Positions 8,593-18,795 of a DNA stretch of 39,132 bases are shown here, piece by piece; position 1 is the stretch's first letter, and every line of letters begins with the position of its first letter. Below the pieces are notes generated by a model. It was not told the DNA's origin. It ran no database searches and saw only the letters and a program-made list of their open reading frames with translations. Source of the DNA: an uncultured Dehalococcoidia bacterium (lineage in GTDB: Bacteria; Chloroflexota; Dehalococcoidia; SZUA-161; JAUWZY01); the NCBI GenBank assembly GCA_964567075.1, contig CAZMKJ010000001.1:1-39132 (forward strand), read 5' to 3'. A program made the position numbers and the translations under genes.

Positions 8593-9462
8593 TTATAGCG
8601 GCTCGAGCTCGAGGCCGATGTCCAGGGCTTTTGCCGAGTGGGTCAGGGCGCCGACGGAGATGAGATCGACGCCGGTCTCAGCCACAGCGCGCACGTTCTC
8701 CAAGGTGATGCCGCCCGAGGCCTCAATTAAGGCCCGACCCTGGCAAAGCTGGACTACGTAGCGCATGTCCTCGAGGTTCATGTTGTCCACCATGATGGTC
8801 TCGGCCCCGGCATCGAGCGCTTGGCGGGCTTCCTCTATATTCTGCACCTCAACTTCGATGTTAAGAGTATGGGGAGCGTCCCGCCGTGCCTTTTCCACCA
8901 CCTCCCTTAGCCCTATCCCCTGAGAGTGGAGAGCAGCAAGATGATTGTCTTTGATCAGAATGCCATCGCCCAGGCTCTGCCTGTGATTATAGCCGCCGCC
9001 AACTCTGACCGCATATTTTTCCAGAGGTCTTAAGCCGGGGATGGTCTTGCGGGTATCAAATATCTTAGTCCCCAGCCCGGAGACCGCCTCAACATATCTC
9101 GCCGTCTCAGTAGCGATACCGCTGAGATGCTGAAGAAAATTCAACGCAGTCCGCTCTGCTTTGAGGATGCTGGCGGCACTGCCCTCGATGGTAGCTGCTA
9201 CATCCCCGGGGTGGAGTTTGCTCCCGTCGGAAACGAGCCCCCGAAACTGGAGCAGGGGATCGACACGGCGAAAAACCTCAGCCGCCACTCCGATCCCAGC
9301 TAATACCCCCTCCTCCCTGACTACAATGGAAGCTCGACCGCGGAGCTCTGACGGTATCAGCAGCTCAGTGGTGATGTCTCCTGAGCCGAGATCCTCGGCC
9401 AAGGCGCTATCGATGACCTTTTCAATCTGCGCTTTAGATAAGCCTAAGCTTGGCTTTCTCAT
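8593..9462 (-). CDS. nadC: nicotinate-nucleotide diphosphorylase (quinolinate phosphoribosyltransferase)
   Basis: AERTALNFLQHLSGIAT...DTRKTIPGLR...KDNH... is typical NadC. There is a TAATG overlap with nadB. Confidence 0.93.
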   Translation of the reverse strand: MRKPSLGLSKAQIEKVIDSALAEDLGSGDITTELLIPSELRGRASIVVREEGVLAGIGVAAEVFRRVDPLLQFRGLVSDGSKLHPGDVAATIEGSAASILKAERTALNFLQHLSGIATETARYVEAVSGLGTKIFDTRKTIPGLRPLEKYAVRVGGGYNHRQSLGDGILIKDNHLAALHSQGIGLREVVEKARRDAPHTLNIEVEVQNIEEARQALDAGAETIMVDNMNLEDMRYVVQLCQGRALIEASGGITLENVRAVAETGVDLISVGALTHSAKALDIGLELEPL

Positions 9463-10997
9463 TACCTTCGTCTGAAGATGATGTGCCGTTCCCAGGCTGG
9501 CGAGGGCTCGGGGAAATCGGAGCGGAAGTGAACACCACGGCTCTCCTCCCTGCTTAAGGCCGCTTCAGCCATAAGCCGCCCCACCAAAATCATATTGCTC
9601 AGTTCATAAGAGGGGCGGTCTGTGGTCCTTTTCAAGCTCTTTTCCCAGGCGGCGAGGATGTTTGCTGCCTCCTCAAGTCCCTCTTGGCACCGTACGATGC
9701 CGACCTCATCCCAAAGGAGCGATTGCAGGGCAGTCAAGCTCAGCGGGGGTGGACTGATTGCGGAGGTATCTCGCTCCTCCAGGGGGAGGACATTTCCCCC
9801 CTCGACAGCAGTTGATATCCTGCTCTCGATCCTTTCCATTATCCTCTTGCTGAAGACCAGAACCTCAAGCAGCGAGTTTGAGGCCAGTCTATTCGCCCCG
9901 TGGACGCCAGTACAGGCGGTCTCACCACAGGCGAAAAGACCGCTGATGTTGGTCTCCCCCCAGATATTGGTTTTGACGCCACCGATCATGTAATGTGCCG
10001 CCGGGGCGATAGGGATGAGGGAGGTGGTGATGTCCAGGTTATGGTCTAAGCAGAAGCGGTAGATGTGGGGAAAGCGGGCAGAAAGGGTGCGCGCTGGCAG
10101 ATGAGTGACGTCGAGGAAGACGCGATCGGTGTTGTTCTTTTCCATCTCCATAAGGATGCTACGGGATACGACATCCCGGGGAGCGAGATCACCATCTGGG
10201 GAGTAATCGGGCATGAAGCGATGCCCTGAGGCATTGCGCAACACACCCCCCTCCCCCCGCACCGCCTCGGAAATGAGGAACACGGGAACCCCGGGGAGGC
10301 GCAGGGCTGTGGGGTGGAACTGGAAGAACTCCATATCCGTGATCTCTGCCCCGGCATTATAGGCCAAGGCTACGCCGTCGCCAGTGGCGACATCGGTATT
10401 GGTATTGAATTTAAACAGCCGCCCCGCCCCGCCGGTGGCCAGGATTACAAAGCGGCAGCCTAATTCCTCTACGGAGCCAGAGCGGCAATCAAGAGCTACA
10501 ACCCCCTGAACAGCCCCGCCTTGAACCAGAATCTCAGTGGCCAAGCAGTCTTCAAGGATGGTGACCCCCTTAGAAGAGCGGGCGACATTGCTCAGGGTGA
10601 CCTCGATGTGCTCACCAGTGGCATCGCCCCCGGCATGGAGGATGCGGGACACGCTATGAGCTGCCTCCCGGGCAAGCGCTATCTCACCATTGAGGGTATC
10701 AAAGGGGACGCCGAACTGGATCAGGTCATGGATACGATCAGTGGCTGCTTCGACCAAAATGCGCAGCGCCTCAGGGTCGCAGAGTCCGGCGCCAGCAGCT
10801 AAGGTATCCTGGAAATGGAGTTCCGGGGAATCATCACGTCCGATGGGGGCAGCGATACCACCTTGGGCAAGCTTAGTATTGCACTCATCGATGTCACCTT
10901 TGGTCAGGATGAGAACGCTGCCCATCTTCTGCGCCAGCAGCGCAGTGTAAAGCCCGGCAATCCCGCTGCCAATGATGATGAAATCACACTTCTTCAT
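9462..10997 (-). CDS. nadB: L-aspartate oxidase
   Basis: FAD fingerprint IIGSGIAGL, plus FHPT, EAVRGEGG and ACTGVHGANRLASNSLLE motifs. Confidence 0.93.
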   Translation of the reverse strand: MKKCDFIIIGSGIAGLYTALLAQKMGSVLILTKGDIDECNTKLAQGGIAAPIGRDDSPELHFQDTLAAGAGLCDPEALRILVEAATDRIHDLIQFGVPFDTLNGEIALAREAAHSVSRILHAGGDATGEHIEVTLSNVARSSKGVTILEDCLATEILVQGGAVQGVVALDCRSGSVEELGCRFVILATGGAGRLFKFNTNTDVATGDGVALAYNAGAEITDMEFFQFHPTALRLPGVPVFLISEAVRGEGGVLRNASGHRFMPDYSPDGDLAPRDVVSRSILMEMEKNNTDRVFLDVTHLPARTLSARFPHIYRFCLDHNLDITTSLIPIAPAAHYMIGGVKTNIWGETNISGLFACGETACTGVHGANRLASNSLLEVLVFSKRIMERIESRISTAVEGGNVLPLEERDTSAISPPPLSLTALQSLLWDEVGIVRCQEGLEEAANILAAWEKSLKRTTDRPSYELSNMILVGRLMAEAALSREESRGVHFRSDFPEPSPAWERHIIFRRR

Positions 10998-11008
10998 ATC
11001 AATCCATT

Positions 11009-11911
11009 TTAGGCCACAGCTAACATCCTGTCGAGGGCTTGCTTCGCCTTGACTCTGACCGCTTCAGGCACTGTTACTACATTTCGTCGCTCTGCCATCA
11101 CTTTGACCACACTCTCCAGCCTGGTCTTCTTCATATCGGGGCAGATCAGCCCCATGGACAGGGGGTGAAAATCCTTTTCCGGGTTCTCCTTTTGCATCCG
11201 GTGCAGCAATCCAATCTCGGTGCCAATAAGGAAGCTCTTCGCCTGGCTTTGCTCGGCATAGCGTAGCATCTGTGACGTGCTCAGAGCAGCATCGGCTAAG
11301 GCGATGACCTCAGGTACGCATTCGGGATGGACAATGACCGCGGCATCAGGATAGAGCTCCTTGGCTCGGATGATGTGCTCCGCTTTAAGCCGGCGATGGA
11401 CGGGGCAATAACCGGGATAAAGGATTAGCCGCCTATCGGTCTTGGTCGATGTATAATGACCCAGGTATTGGTCTGGGACGAACAGTACCTCACCGTCTGG
11501 GATAGACTCTATTAGCTTAATGGCATTGGCTGAAGTGCAGCAGAAGTCGCTTTCCGCTTTTACCGCCGCTGATGAATTGACATAGCAGACCACGGCGGCT
11601 TTCGGGTATCTCTGCTTCCACTCCCTCAGGTCCTCGATATCGATCATATCCGCTAAGGGGCAGCCGGCGCTCTCCTCAGAGAGAAGCACGGTGCGGTCAG
11701 GGTTCAGGATAGCCACGCTTTCCGCCATGAACCTGACTCCGCAGAAGACGATGAGATCACAATTGACTTCAGTGCACTCTCTGGCCAGCTCCAGTGAATC
11801 GCCAGTGATGTCGGCGATGTCCTGAACCTCGGGTCGCTGATAGTTATGAGCCACAATCAGCGCATTGAGCTCTTTCTTAAGCTCTAAAATCCTCCCCTCA
11901 AGCCCTTCCAT
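11009..11911 (-). CDS. nadA: quinolinate synthase
   Basis: ALIVAHNYQRPEVQDIAD...VFCGVRFMAE...VHPEC matches NadA. I prefer the ATG at 11911 (MEGLEGRILELKK). The track GTG at 11992 adds 27 low-complexity residues. Confidence 0.88.
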   Translation of the reverse strand: MEGLEGRILELKKELNALIVAHNYQRPEVQDIADITGDSLELARECTEVNCDLIVFCGVRFMAESVAILNPDRTVLLSEESAGCPLADMIDIEDLREWKQRYPKAAVVCYVNSSAAVKAESDFCCTSANAIKLIESIPDGEVLFVPDQYLGHYTSTKTDRRLILYPGYCPVHRRLKAEHIIRAKELYPDAAVIVHPECVPEVIALADAALSTSQMLRYAEQSQAKSFLIGTEIGLLHRMQKENPEKDFHPLSMGLICPDMKKTRLESVVKVMAERRNVVTVPEAVRVKAKQALDRMLAVA

Positions 11912-12057
11912 CTTTGCCTCTTCAGTAGCTCTACTCTCATCTTGGGAATCTCGAAGGCGCCCTTGCCTTCCAAGTTCTCGATTCTCTCCCACTTGGCCAA
12001 ATCAGCGCCGTTGTGCAAGCGGACTTCCACGTAAGTAAGGCCGGTAAAATCGCTTCC

Positions 12058-12336
12058 TTATTCGCTTTGCTTTCTTACGATGCTATGTTTCAGCACCCGC
12101 AACTTACCGCCCCCTTCCAAGTTTAACACCACGGTCTCTTCATCGATGTAATCTATCTGGCCATAGATTCCACCGGCGGTAATTACCCGATCACCCCTTT
12201 TTAATCCTTCGATCAGCTCGCTGTGTTCCCGCTGCCGTCTCCGCTGAGGTCTGACCATGAAGAAATACATGACGCCAAAAAACAATGCCGCCAGGAGAAG
12301 TAATGGCAGAAATGCAGCTACGCTATCCCATGTCAC
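12058..12336 (-). CDS. yajC: preprotein translocase subunit YajC
   Basis: Single N-terminal TM helix, then [10 protein letters not shown]...[12 protein letters not shown], the typical YajC motif. Confidence 0.9.
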   Translation of the reverse strand: MTWDSVAAFLPLLLLAALFFGVMYFFMVRPQRRRQREHSELIEGLKRGDRVITAGGIYGQIDYIDEETVVLNLEGGGKLRVLKHSIVRKQSE

Positions 12337-13610
12337 TTTCGACCTCCTTTGCTGTTGATATTCCCCTGAAGCGACCAGGGACTGGTTTTCTCAATTTGGA
12401 CTTCTACCAACTGACCCGAGCAGTTGGCGCTGTTATCAAAGAACACAAGCTTCCCGGTTGTGGTGCGACCATACCACTTGCCTCTCTTTTCTCCCTCCAC
12501 CAGAACCTCGACCTTTTGACCCAAAAGCCTGGCATTTATCTCAGCAGCGATAGTCTCTTGGAGGCTCTCCACCTTTTTAAGCCGCCTCATCTTCTCCAGG
12601 CGGGGGATATCGTCTTTGCAGTGGCGGGCAGCGATGGTCCCCGGGCGCTCCGAGTAAGCAGCAACATGAACTGTATCAAACCTGATATCTTGAAGCAAAT
12701 CCAAAGTCATCTGGAATTGCTCCTCAGTTTCACCAGGGAAGCCCACGATAACATCGGTGCTCAAGGCCACATTGGGCATCGCGCTGCGGATTCGGTCAAT
12801 GAGTCCCCGGTATTGTTGTATGGTATAACCCCGCCTCATAGCCCTCAAGATATCGTTGTCACCCGCTTGGACGGGGATGCTGATATGCGAGCAGACCTTC
12901 TCCAGACGGGCTATTGTCTCGATGAGCTTCTGGCTCATGTCCTTGGGGTGATTGGTCAGGAAGCGTATTCGTGCCAGACCATCGACCTGATTCAGCTCAT
13001 AAAGCAAATCGGCAAGGTCTGGCTTGGTGGCCAGGTCATGGCCATAGGAGTCCACGTTCTGCCCCAGCAAAGTCACCTCCTTGGCCCCGCGCCGGGTCAA
13101 GCCCTGGACCTCGCAGACGATCTCATTGATAGGGCGGCTCTTCTCACGACCACGGCGATAGGGAACAATGCAGTAGGAGCAGAAATTATCACAACCTTGA
13201 ATGATGGTGACGAAGGTGCTCGGGGATGGGGGAGAGGGGATGAAGCCCGCCCCAGACGGGGCCTCGGCTCCGATTAGTTCCAGCAGCGGGGCAAAATCTT
13301 GAGGTCTTAGAAATAGGTCGACGTGGGGGAAGCGCATCCTCAGCTCATCAACCTCGGCGTCAACCAGGCAGCCGGTGAGGACAATGGTCAAGCCCGGCCG
13401 CCTTCTCTTGAGCGACCTCAAGGAATTCAGTTTGTTTATCACTCGATTTTCTGCGCTCTGTCGCACCACACAGCTATTGAGCACGATGAGGGCTGCGTCC
13501 TCGACGACCTTGGTTTGCTTAGAGCCCAATTCCTCAAGGCTCCAGCCAAGGCGCTCTGAATCCGCCTTGTTCATCTGACAGCCGATGGTCCAGATATAAT
13601 GCTGAGCCAT
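12333..13610 (-). CDS. miaB: tRNA (N6-isopentenyl adenosine(37)-C2)-methylthiotransferase (MiaB-type radical SAM MTTase)
   Basis: N-terminal UPF0004 domain ([12 protein letters not shown]), a radical [11 protein letters not shown] motif and a C-terminal TRAM-like domain. MiaB versus another MTTase subfamily was not rigorously separated. Confidence 0.85.
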   Translation of the reverse strand: MAQHYIWTIGCQMNKADSERLGWSLEELGSKQTKVVEDAALIVLNSCVVRQSAENRVINKLNSLRSLKRRRPGLTIVLTGCLVDAEVDELRMRFPHVDLFLRPQDFAPLLELIGAEAPSGAGFIPSPPSPSTFVTIIQGCDNFCSYCIVPYRRGREKSRPINEIVCEVQGLTRRGAKEVTLLGQNVDSYGHDLATKPDLADLLYELNQVDGLARIRFLTNHPKDMSQKLIETIARLEKVCSHISIPVQAGDNDILRAMRRGYTIQQYRGLIDRIRSAMPNVALSTDVIVGFPGETEEQFQMTLDLLQDIRFDTVHVAAYSERPGTIAARHCKDDIPRLEKMRRLKKVESLQETIAAEINARLLGQKVEVLVEGEKRGKWYGRTTTGKLVFFDNSANCSGQLVEVQIEKTSPWSLQGNINSKGGRK

Positions 13611-13629
13611 AATGAAAAGCCTTACTCAA

Positions 13630-13638
13630 ATTATATCA
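13630..13638 (-). promoter_or_regulatory. extended -10 promoter (TGATATAAT) for miaB
   Basis: On the minus strand gTGaTATAAT lies about 20 nt upstream of the miaB ATG. There is no good -35. Confidence 0.4.
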
Positions 13639-13658
13639 CGCCTTGCAGTCCTGGGGCG

Positions 13659-13682
13659 AAAAAAACGCACCTCTTTGGTGCG
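13659..13682 (-). terminator. Rho-independent terminator after tRNA-Ser
   Basis: The minus strand reads CGCACC-AAAGA-GGTGCG followed by TTTTTTT, immediately 3' of the tRNA. Confidence 0.6.
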
Positions 13683-13692
13683 CGAAGTCTGC

Positions 13693-13784
13693 TGGCGGAG
13701 GGGGTGGGATTCGAACCCACGACCGAAGCTTCCCCCGGTAAGCGCTTAGCAGGCGCCCGCACTAGACCACTATGCGACCCCTCC
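13693..13784 (-). tRNA. tRNA-Ser (anticodon GCU), CCA encoded
   Basis: Hand-folded cloverleaf. Acceptor GGAGGGG/CCCCTCC, 3-bp D stem, anticodon stem GGCGC/GCGCT with loop CTGCTAA, long variable arm, T arm GTGGG-TTCGAAT-CCCAC, discriminator G plus CCA. Confidence 0.9.
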
Positions 13785-13796
13785 CCCAACTCAAAT

Positions 13797-13825
13797 AATT
13801 TATATGAAACATTTGATCCTATCAA
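13797..13825 (-). promoter_or_regulatory. promoter TTGATA-N17-TAAATT for tRNA-Ser
   Basis: Minus-strand hexamers with a 17-nt spacer. The predicted start lies a few nt upstream of the tRNA 5' end. Confidence 0.45.
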
Positions 13826-13878
13826 TCCTGTTACTGTATTGTAACATAATCTTTTCACCTTTCCAAGGAGGCATCGGC

Positions 13879-14772
13879 TTAAGCTGTAGCCAGCGCGATT
13901 TTGTAGTTTTTGAGCACCGCTTCGATTGCCGCTGCCGATTTCTCATCGGGAGGGGTCAGAGGCAGGCGGGGTTTGCCTACGGCAAATCCAAGGTGGTTCA
14001 GGGCATGTTTTACCGGGATTGGGTTGGAGACGATGAATAGGGCATTAAACAGCGGTAGCAGGTGGCGGTGGATGGCTGCCCCCTGGGCTACTTCGCCGGC
14101 AATGACCTCCTCCATCATCTGCTTAATCTGATCCCCGACTAAGTGCGAGGCAACGCTGATCACCCCATAGCCGCCCAGGGTCAGGATGGAGAAGGTGTCG
14201 CTATCATTGCCGCTATAGAGCAAAAATTCCTTATCGATGCCATCGAGGATCTTAGCCACCTGCTCCATATTGCCGCTGGCTTCTTTAAGCCCGATAATGT
14301 TGTCGATTTGGCTCAGCCTGATCACCGTATCGGGGGAGAGGCTGGTTATGGTGCGGCTGGGCACATTATACAGGATACAAGGGAGGTTTGTGCCTGAGGC
14401 TATGGAGGCGAAGTGTTGGAACAATCCCTCCTGAGTTGGTTTATTATAATATGGCACCACTAAAAGAACGGCGTCGATGCCAATCCGTTCCGCTTCCTTG
14501 GTCAACTTCGAGCTTTCCCTGGTGTTATAGCTGCCGGTGCCGGCAACTACAGACCCCCTATCACCGATGGCAGATTTCACCTCAGCGAAGAGCCGCAGCT
14601 TTTCCTCTGAGTCCAGGGTTGGTGATTCCCCGGTAGTGCCAGAAACCACCACCCCATCGCTGCCGGATGCTAACAAAGCCAAAGCCAGCCTTCTTGCCTG
14701 CTCATAGTCAACGTTGCCAAATTCATCGAAGGGGGTTACCATTGCGGTGAGCAGTCGACCCAGCTTTAACAC
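13879..14772 (-). CDS. dapA: 4-hydroxy-tetrahydrodipicolinate synthase
   Basis: LTAMVTPFDE...GVVVSGTTGESPTL...PYYNKP... is typical DapA. GTG start. Confidence 0.93.
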   Translation of the reverse strand: MLKLGRLLTAMVTPFDEFGNVDYEQARRLALALLASGSDGVVVSGTTGESPTLDSEEKLRLFAEVKSAIGDRGSVVAGTGSYNTRESSKLTKEAERIGIDAVLLVVPYYNKPTQEGLFQHFASIASGTNLPCILYNVPSRTITSLSPDTVIRLSQIDNIIGLKEASGNMEQVAKILDGIDKEFLLYSGNDSDTFSILTLGGYGVISVASHLVGDQIKQMMEEVIAGEVAQGAAIHRHLLPLFNALFIVSNPIPVKHALNHLGFAVGKPRLPLTPPDEKSAAAIEAVLKNYKIALATA

Positions 14773-14783
14773 TTCTGCCTCCT

Positions 14784-15797
14784 TTAAATCCAGCCCCTAT
14801 TGTTTAGCTCCCAGGCGATTTGGATGGCATTGAGCGCAGCCCCTTTGCGCAGATTATCAGCTACCACCCACATCGCTAAGCCATTAGGACTTGAGGCATC
14901 CCGGCGGATGCGCCCGACAAAGACATCGTCTGAGCCAACTACAGACCAGGCATGAGGATAGAGGCTCACCGCAGGGTCGTCGAGCACCTTGACCCCGGGG
15001 GCTTCAGCCAGGATGTGCCGTGCCTCTTCAGGGCTCATGGGCTGGCTGAATTCAATATGAACCGCCTCGCTGTGACCGATGTATACCGGGACGCGAACAC
15101 AGGTGGCGGAGATGACCATAGTCTCATCGTGCATTATCTTCCTCGTCTCATGAATCAGCTTCCACTCCTCCTTGGAATAGCCATTGTCTAAGAAGACATC
15201 GATCTCAGGGAGCAGATTGAAGGCGATCTGATGGGGGAAAACATGGGGCACCACGCTCTTGCCCTCCAAGACAGCCTTGGCTTGATTGGACAGCTCCTCC
15301 ATGGCGGCGGCGCCCCAACCAGATACCGACTGATAGGTATCGACGATGACCCGCTTGATGGGGTTGACCTTATGTAGCGGGTAAAGGGCAACCACCAGCT
15401 GAACGGTAGAGCAATTGGGATTGGCAATTAACCCTTTGTGCTCCTTGAGGTCTTCGGGGTTCACCTCTGGCACCACTAAGGGGATTTCGGGCTCCATCCT
15501 GAAGGCAGCGCTATTATCGATGACCACAGCCCCAGATTGCACCGCGTACGGAGCCAGGTACTGACTGATCTCAGAGCCGGCGGAGAACAATGCCAGGTCT
15601 ACATGGTCGAAGGATTGAGCGGTGGCCTCCTTGACCCTAACCTCTTTGCCGCAGACGAGCATCTTTCTCCCTGCCGATCTATCGGAGGCAAAGAGGTGCA
15701 TGGAGGCCATGGGGAACCCCTGTTGCTCCAGGATCTTGATGAACTCCTGGCCCACCAGTCCAGTAGCTCCAACAATGGCGGTATGGAATTTCCTCAT
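14784..15797 (-). CDS. asd: aspartate-semialdehyde dehydrogenase
   Basis: VGATGLVGQE NAD-binding motif, the active-site segment IANPNCST and the overall length. Confidence 0.93.
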   Translation of the reverse strand: MRKFHTAIVGATGLVGQEFIKILEQQGFPMASMHLFASDRSAGRKMLVCGKEVRVKEATAQSFDHVDLALFSAGSEISQYLAPYAVQSGAVVIDNSAAFRMEPEIPLVVPEVNPEDLKEHKGLIANPNCSTVQLVVALYPLHKVNPIKRVIVDTYQSVSGWGAAAMEELSNQAKAVLEGKSVVPHVFPHQIAFNLLPEIDVFLDNGYSKEEWKLIHETRKIMHDETMVISATCVRVPVYIGHSEAVHIEFSQPMSPEEARHILAEAPGVKVLDDPAVSLYPHAWSVVGSDDVFVGRIRRDASSPNGLAMWVVADNLRKGAALNAIQIAWELNNRGWI

Positions 15798-15804
15798 CGG
15801 TGCC

Positions 15805-16605
15805 CTAGAAATGCAATAATTTATCTAACCCGCGCACCAGTCCCTTTATTTTGCCCACCTCTTTGATGGCCAAGATGACCCCGGGCATATAACACTCTCT
15901 GCTAATAGTGTCATGCCGGATGCGCAGCGTTTCACCGGCCCCCCCGAGGACGACCTCCTGGTGGGCAAGGAGGCCGGGCATGCGCAGGCTATGTAAAGCC
16001 ACACCTTGATACTGGGCACCACGGCTGCCAGCAAGGCTTTCCTTCTCGGGCGAGCTGTAAGCGAAGGCTTTGCCCCTGGCCTCGGTCATCTCCTTAGCTG
16101 TGGTGATGGCTGTGCCCGATGGGGCATCGGCTTTCTGCTCATGGTGCATCTCAATGACCTCGGCGTGATCGAAGAACTTAGCTGCCACCTTGGCTAACTG
16201 AACCATGAGCACTGCCCCTAAGGAGAAATTGGGGGCCACTATGGCACCGATGTCATACTCCCGGCAAAGCTGCTCCATCTCATCGAGCTCGGTGGCGGAA
16301 ATGCCAGTAGTCCCGATAACCAAATTGATACGGTGCTTGGCCGCGGTGCGCGCCATAGTGATGACAGCCGCTGCGGTAGAGAAGTCGACCAAGACATCGG
16401 CTTTCCAGCTCATGATAACCGGCTCAAGCTGGGAGGAAAGGGGAATTTCCCCCGAACCATCGGGCAAGCTCAGGTATTGTTGGTCTGCCCTCAGGTCCAC
16501 AGCGGCAATTGGCTCAAGCTCTGGGTCTCGGCACAGGGCGCTGAGAACCTGCTGCCCCATTTTCCCCAAAGCACCGTGAACCAAGACTGCTATCGGCGTC
16601 ATCAA
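15805..16605 (-). CDS. dapB: 4-hydroxy-tetrahydrodipicolinate reductase
   Basis: VHGALGKMGQ, GTTG and EMHHEQKADAPSGTA motifs. Confidence 0.92.
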   Translation of the reverse strand: MMTPIAVLVHGALGKMGQQVLSALCRDPELEPIAAVDLRADQQYLSLPDGSGEIPLSSQLEPVIMSWKADVLVDFSTAAAVITMARTAAKHRINLVIGTTGISATELDEMEQLCREYDIGAIVAPNFSLGAVLMVQLAKVAAKFFDHAEVIEMHHEQKADAPSGTAITTAKEMTEARGKAFAYSSPEKESLAGSRGAQYQGVALHSLRMPGLLAHQEVVLGGAGETLRIRHDTISRECYMPGVILAIKEVGKIKGLVRGLDKLLHF

Positions 16606-18779
16606 CGCTCTCCCTTGGGGAAGGGCGGCCGCGTTGGCCGAGCCCTCCCTCTTCCTGAGGTGCCGGTTTGCTTGGGGCCGAGCCGGGCTCCCGGGATTTG
16701 AGATAATTTCTGAAACACAGCGCGCCGGGAGAGGTTTATCCTCCCCAAATTGTCGATGCCGGTGACCATAACCATGATCTCGTCTCCGACCTTAGCTACT
16801 TCCTCAACATTGGCGATGCGATAGTCAGCGAGTTCGCTGATGCGAACTAGACCCTCCTTACCTGGCATGATCTCAACGAAGGCGCCGAAATCAGCCACCC
16901 TGGTCACCTTTCCGGTATAGATGCCACCGACTTCTATCTCCCTGGTCAAGCCCTCGATGATCTCGATGGCTCTGCGAGTTGCTTCCTCGCTTGGCGAGCC
17001 GATGATGATGGTGCCATCGCTTTCAACGTCTATACGCGCCTTGGTCTCATCCATTATCGATCTTATCACTCGACCGCCGGGGCCGATGACATAGCGGATC
17101 TTATCCGGGTCGATGGTTATCTTGGTCATCTTGGGGGCGTATTTACTGACTTCAGGGCGACTGGTGCTGATGGTCTCCTTTATCCTGTCCAAGATGAAGA
17201 GGCGGGCTTGGCGTGCCTGGCTTAGAGCGTCCGCTATAATATCAAATCTTATGCCCTTGACCTTGAGATCAAGCTGGAGTGCGGTGACCCCGTTTGCGGT
17301 GCCCGCAACCTTGCAATCCATATCGCCAACGGCGTCCTCCAAGCCTTCGATATCGGTGAGCAGGACATATTTGTTGTCCGCCCCCTGCACCAGGCCCATA
17401 GCGACCCCGGCCACTGGGGTCTTGATTGGAATGCCAGCATCCATAAGAGATAGGCTTCCCGCGCAGACGCTGGCCATGGAGGTGCTACCATTAGAGCTTA
17501 AAACCTCGGAGACAAGGCGGATAGTGTAAGGGAAATCACCCTCGCTGGGGAGCACGGGAAGCAGAGCTCGCTCTGCTAAAGCACCATGCCCGATCTCACG
17601 GCGCCCCGGGGTCCCAATGCGCCTCACCTCTCCAGTGCTGAATGGGGGGAAGTTATAGTGGTGCATGAAGTGCTTGCTCTCTTCCTGGCTAATGGTGTCG
17701 ATGAGCTGCTCCTCACCAGGAGAGCCGAGGGTGGTGATAGTCAAGACCTGCGTCTCGCCGCGGGTGAATAGCCCAGAGCCATGAGTCCGTGGTAAATTGC
17801 CCACCGCACAGGTGATGGGACGAATCTCGGTCAAGCCACGACCACTGGGGCGCACGCCCGTTTCCAAGATGCTGCTTCGAACCTGAGCCTTTAACCCCGA
17901 GTTCAAGCCAGAAAGGATCTCCTCCTGGGGAAAGCTATCGCCAAGCTTTTCCAGGAGCTCTGTCCTCAGGCTTGCCAAATTGGCCTCTCGCTCTGACCTG
18001 TCCTGCCAATAAGTCCCTTGAGCCAATCTATCTCGGATAATGGAGCCGACCTTGGCTTGAAGCTCAAGGTTGGGCTCCTTGGGCTCAAACTCCATCTTGG
18101 GCTTGCCACAGGTTTGTATCAGCTCCTCTTGGAGTTTGATAACCTCCCGATTGCTCTCCTGTCCCAATTTGATAGCCTGGAGCACGATGTCTTCTGAGAC
18201 CTCGTTGGCCCCAGCTTCGAGCATGATCACCATCTCCTTGGTCCCGGCGACCACTAAATCGAGCTTGCTCTCGAGGAGCTGAGTGAAGGTGGGGTTGAAG
18301 ACCAACTCACCATCGATATAGCCGATGCGCACGGCGCTAATCGGTCCCCCAAAGGGGATGTCTGAGATGCCCAGGGCGGCCGAGGCGCCGATTATAGACA
18401 GGATGTCAGGAACGTTTTCCTGGTCCGTGGAGAGGACGGCGACCACAACTTGAACCTCGTTACGGAAGCCATCGGGGAATAGAGGGCGGAGAGGTCTATC
18501 GGTAAGCCTACTGGTCAACACCGCATCCTGGCTTGGCCGCCCTTCCCTCTTGAAGTAACCGCCGGGGATTTTCCCTGCGGCGTAAAGCCTCTCCTCGTAG
18601 TCTACGGTCAAAGGCAGAAAGTCAACCCCTTCCCTAGGCTCAGCGCTCATGCAGGCAGTGACCAAAACCACGGTATCACCATAGCGCACTGTGACTGCTC
18701 CATTTGCTTGCCCAGCAAGTTCCCCGGTCTCGATGACGAGGGTTCGCTCCCCGATCTCAGTTTGAAAAGTCTGCGGCAT
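16602..18779 (-). CDS. pnp: polyribonucleotide nucleotidyltransferase (PNPase) with a basic C-terminal tail
   Basis: Two RNase PH domains, KH (ITIDPDKIRYVIGPGGRVIRSI) and S1 (GGIYTGKVTRVADFGAFVEI). The extra Arg/Pro/Gly-rich tail overlaps the dapB start by 4 nt. Confidence 0.95.
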   Translation of the reverse strand: MPQTFQTEIGERTLVIETGELAGQANGAVTVRYGDTVVLVTACMSAEPREGVDFLPLTVDYEERLYAAGKIPGGYFKREGRPSQDAVLTSRLTDRPLRPLFPDGFRNEVQVVVAVLSTDQENVPDILSIIGASAALGISDIPFGGPISAVRIGYIDGELVFNPTFTQLLESKLDLVVAGTKEMVIMLEAGANEVSEDIVLQAIKLGQESNREVIKLQEELIQTCGKPKMEFEPKEPNLELQAKVGSIIRDRLAQGTYWQDRSEREANLASLRTELLEKLGDSFPQEEILSGLNSGLKAQVRSSILETGVRPSGRGLTEIRPITCAVGNLPRTHGSGLFTRGETQVLTITTLGSPGEEQLIDTISQEESKHFMHHYNFPPFSTGEVRRIGTPGRREIGHGALAERALLPVLPSEGDFPYTIRLVSEVLSSNGSTSMASVCAGSLSLMDAGIPIKTPVAGVAMGLVQGADNKYVLLTDIEGLEDAVGDMDCKVAGTANGVTALQLDLKVKGIRFDIIADALSQARQARLFILDRIKETISTSRPEVSKYAPKMTKITIDPDKIRYVIGPGGRVIRSIMDETKARIDVESDGTIIIGSPSEEATRRAIEIIEGLTREIEVGGIYTGKVTRVADFGAFVEIMPGKEGLVRISELADYRIANVEEVAKVGDEIMVMVTGIDNLGRINLSRRAVFQKLSQIPGARLGPKQTGTSGRGRARPTRPPFPKGER

Positions 18780-18795
18780 TATCTAAAACCTCCTG

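Noticed and set aside
11941-11974. Nested hairpin in the nadA leader (minus strand CTTGG-AAGGC-aagggc-GCCTT-cgagattc-CCAAG), considered as a possible NAD+ (nadA-motif) riboswitch.
   Set aside because: I cannot match it to what I remember of the nadA-motif consensus, and no tandem second domain is evident. If the GTG at 11992 is the real start it is simply coding sequence. An Rfam/Infernal scan would settle it.
12285-13277. 330-aa plus-strand ORF antisense to miaB. Similar long antisense ORFs occur at 21867-22625, 29271-30014, 30705-31367, 34088-34675 and 35529-35975.
   Set aside because: Each lies fully opposite a gene with clear family motifs. They lack an RBS or a sensible operon context, and they have biased compositions (often Ser/Leu/Arg/Pro/Ala-rich) typical of shadow frames.
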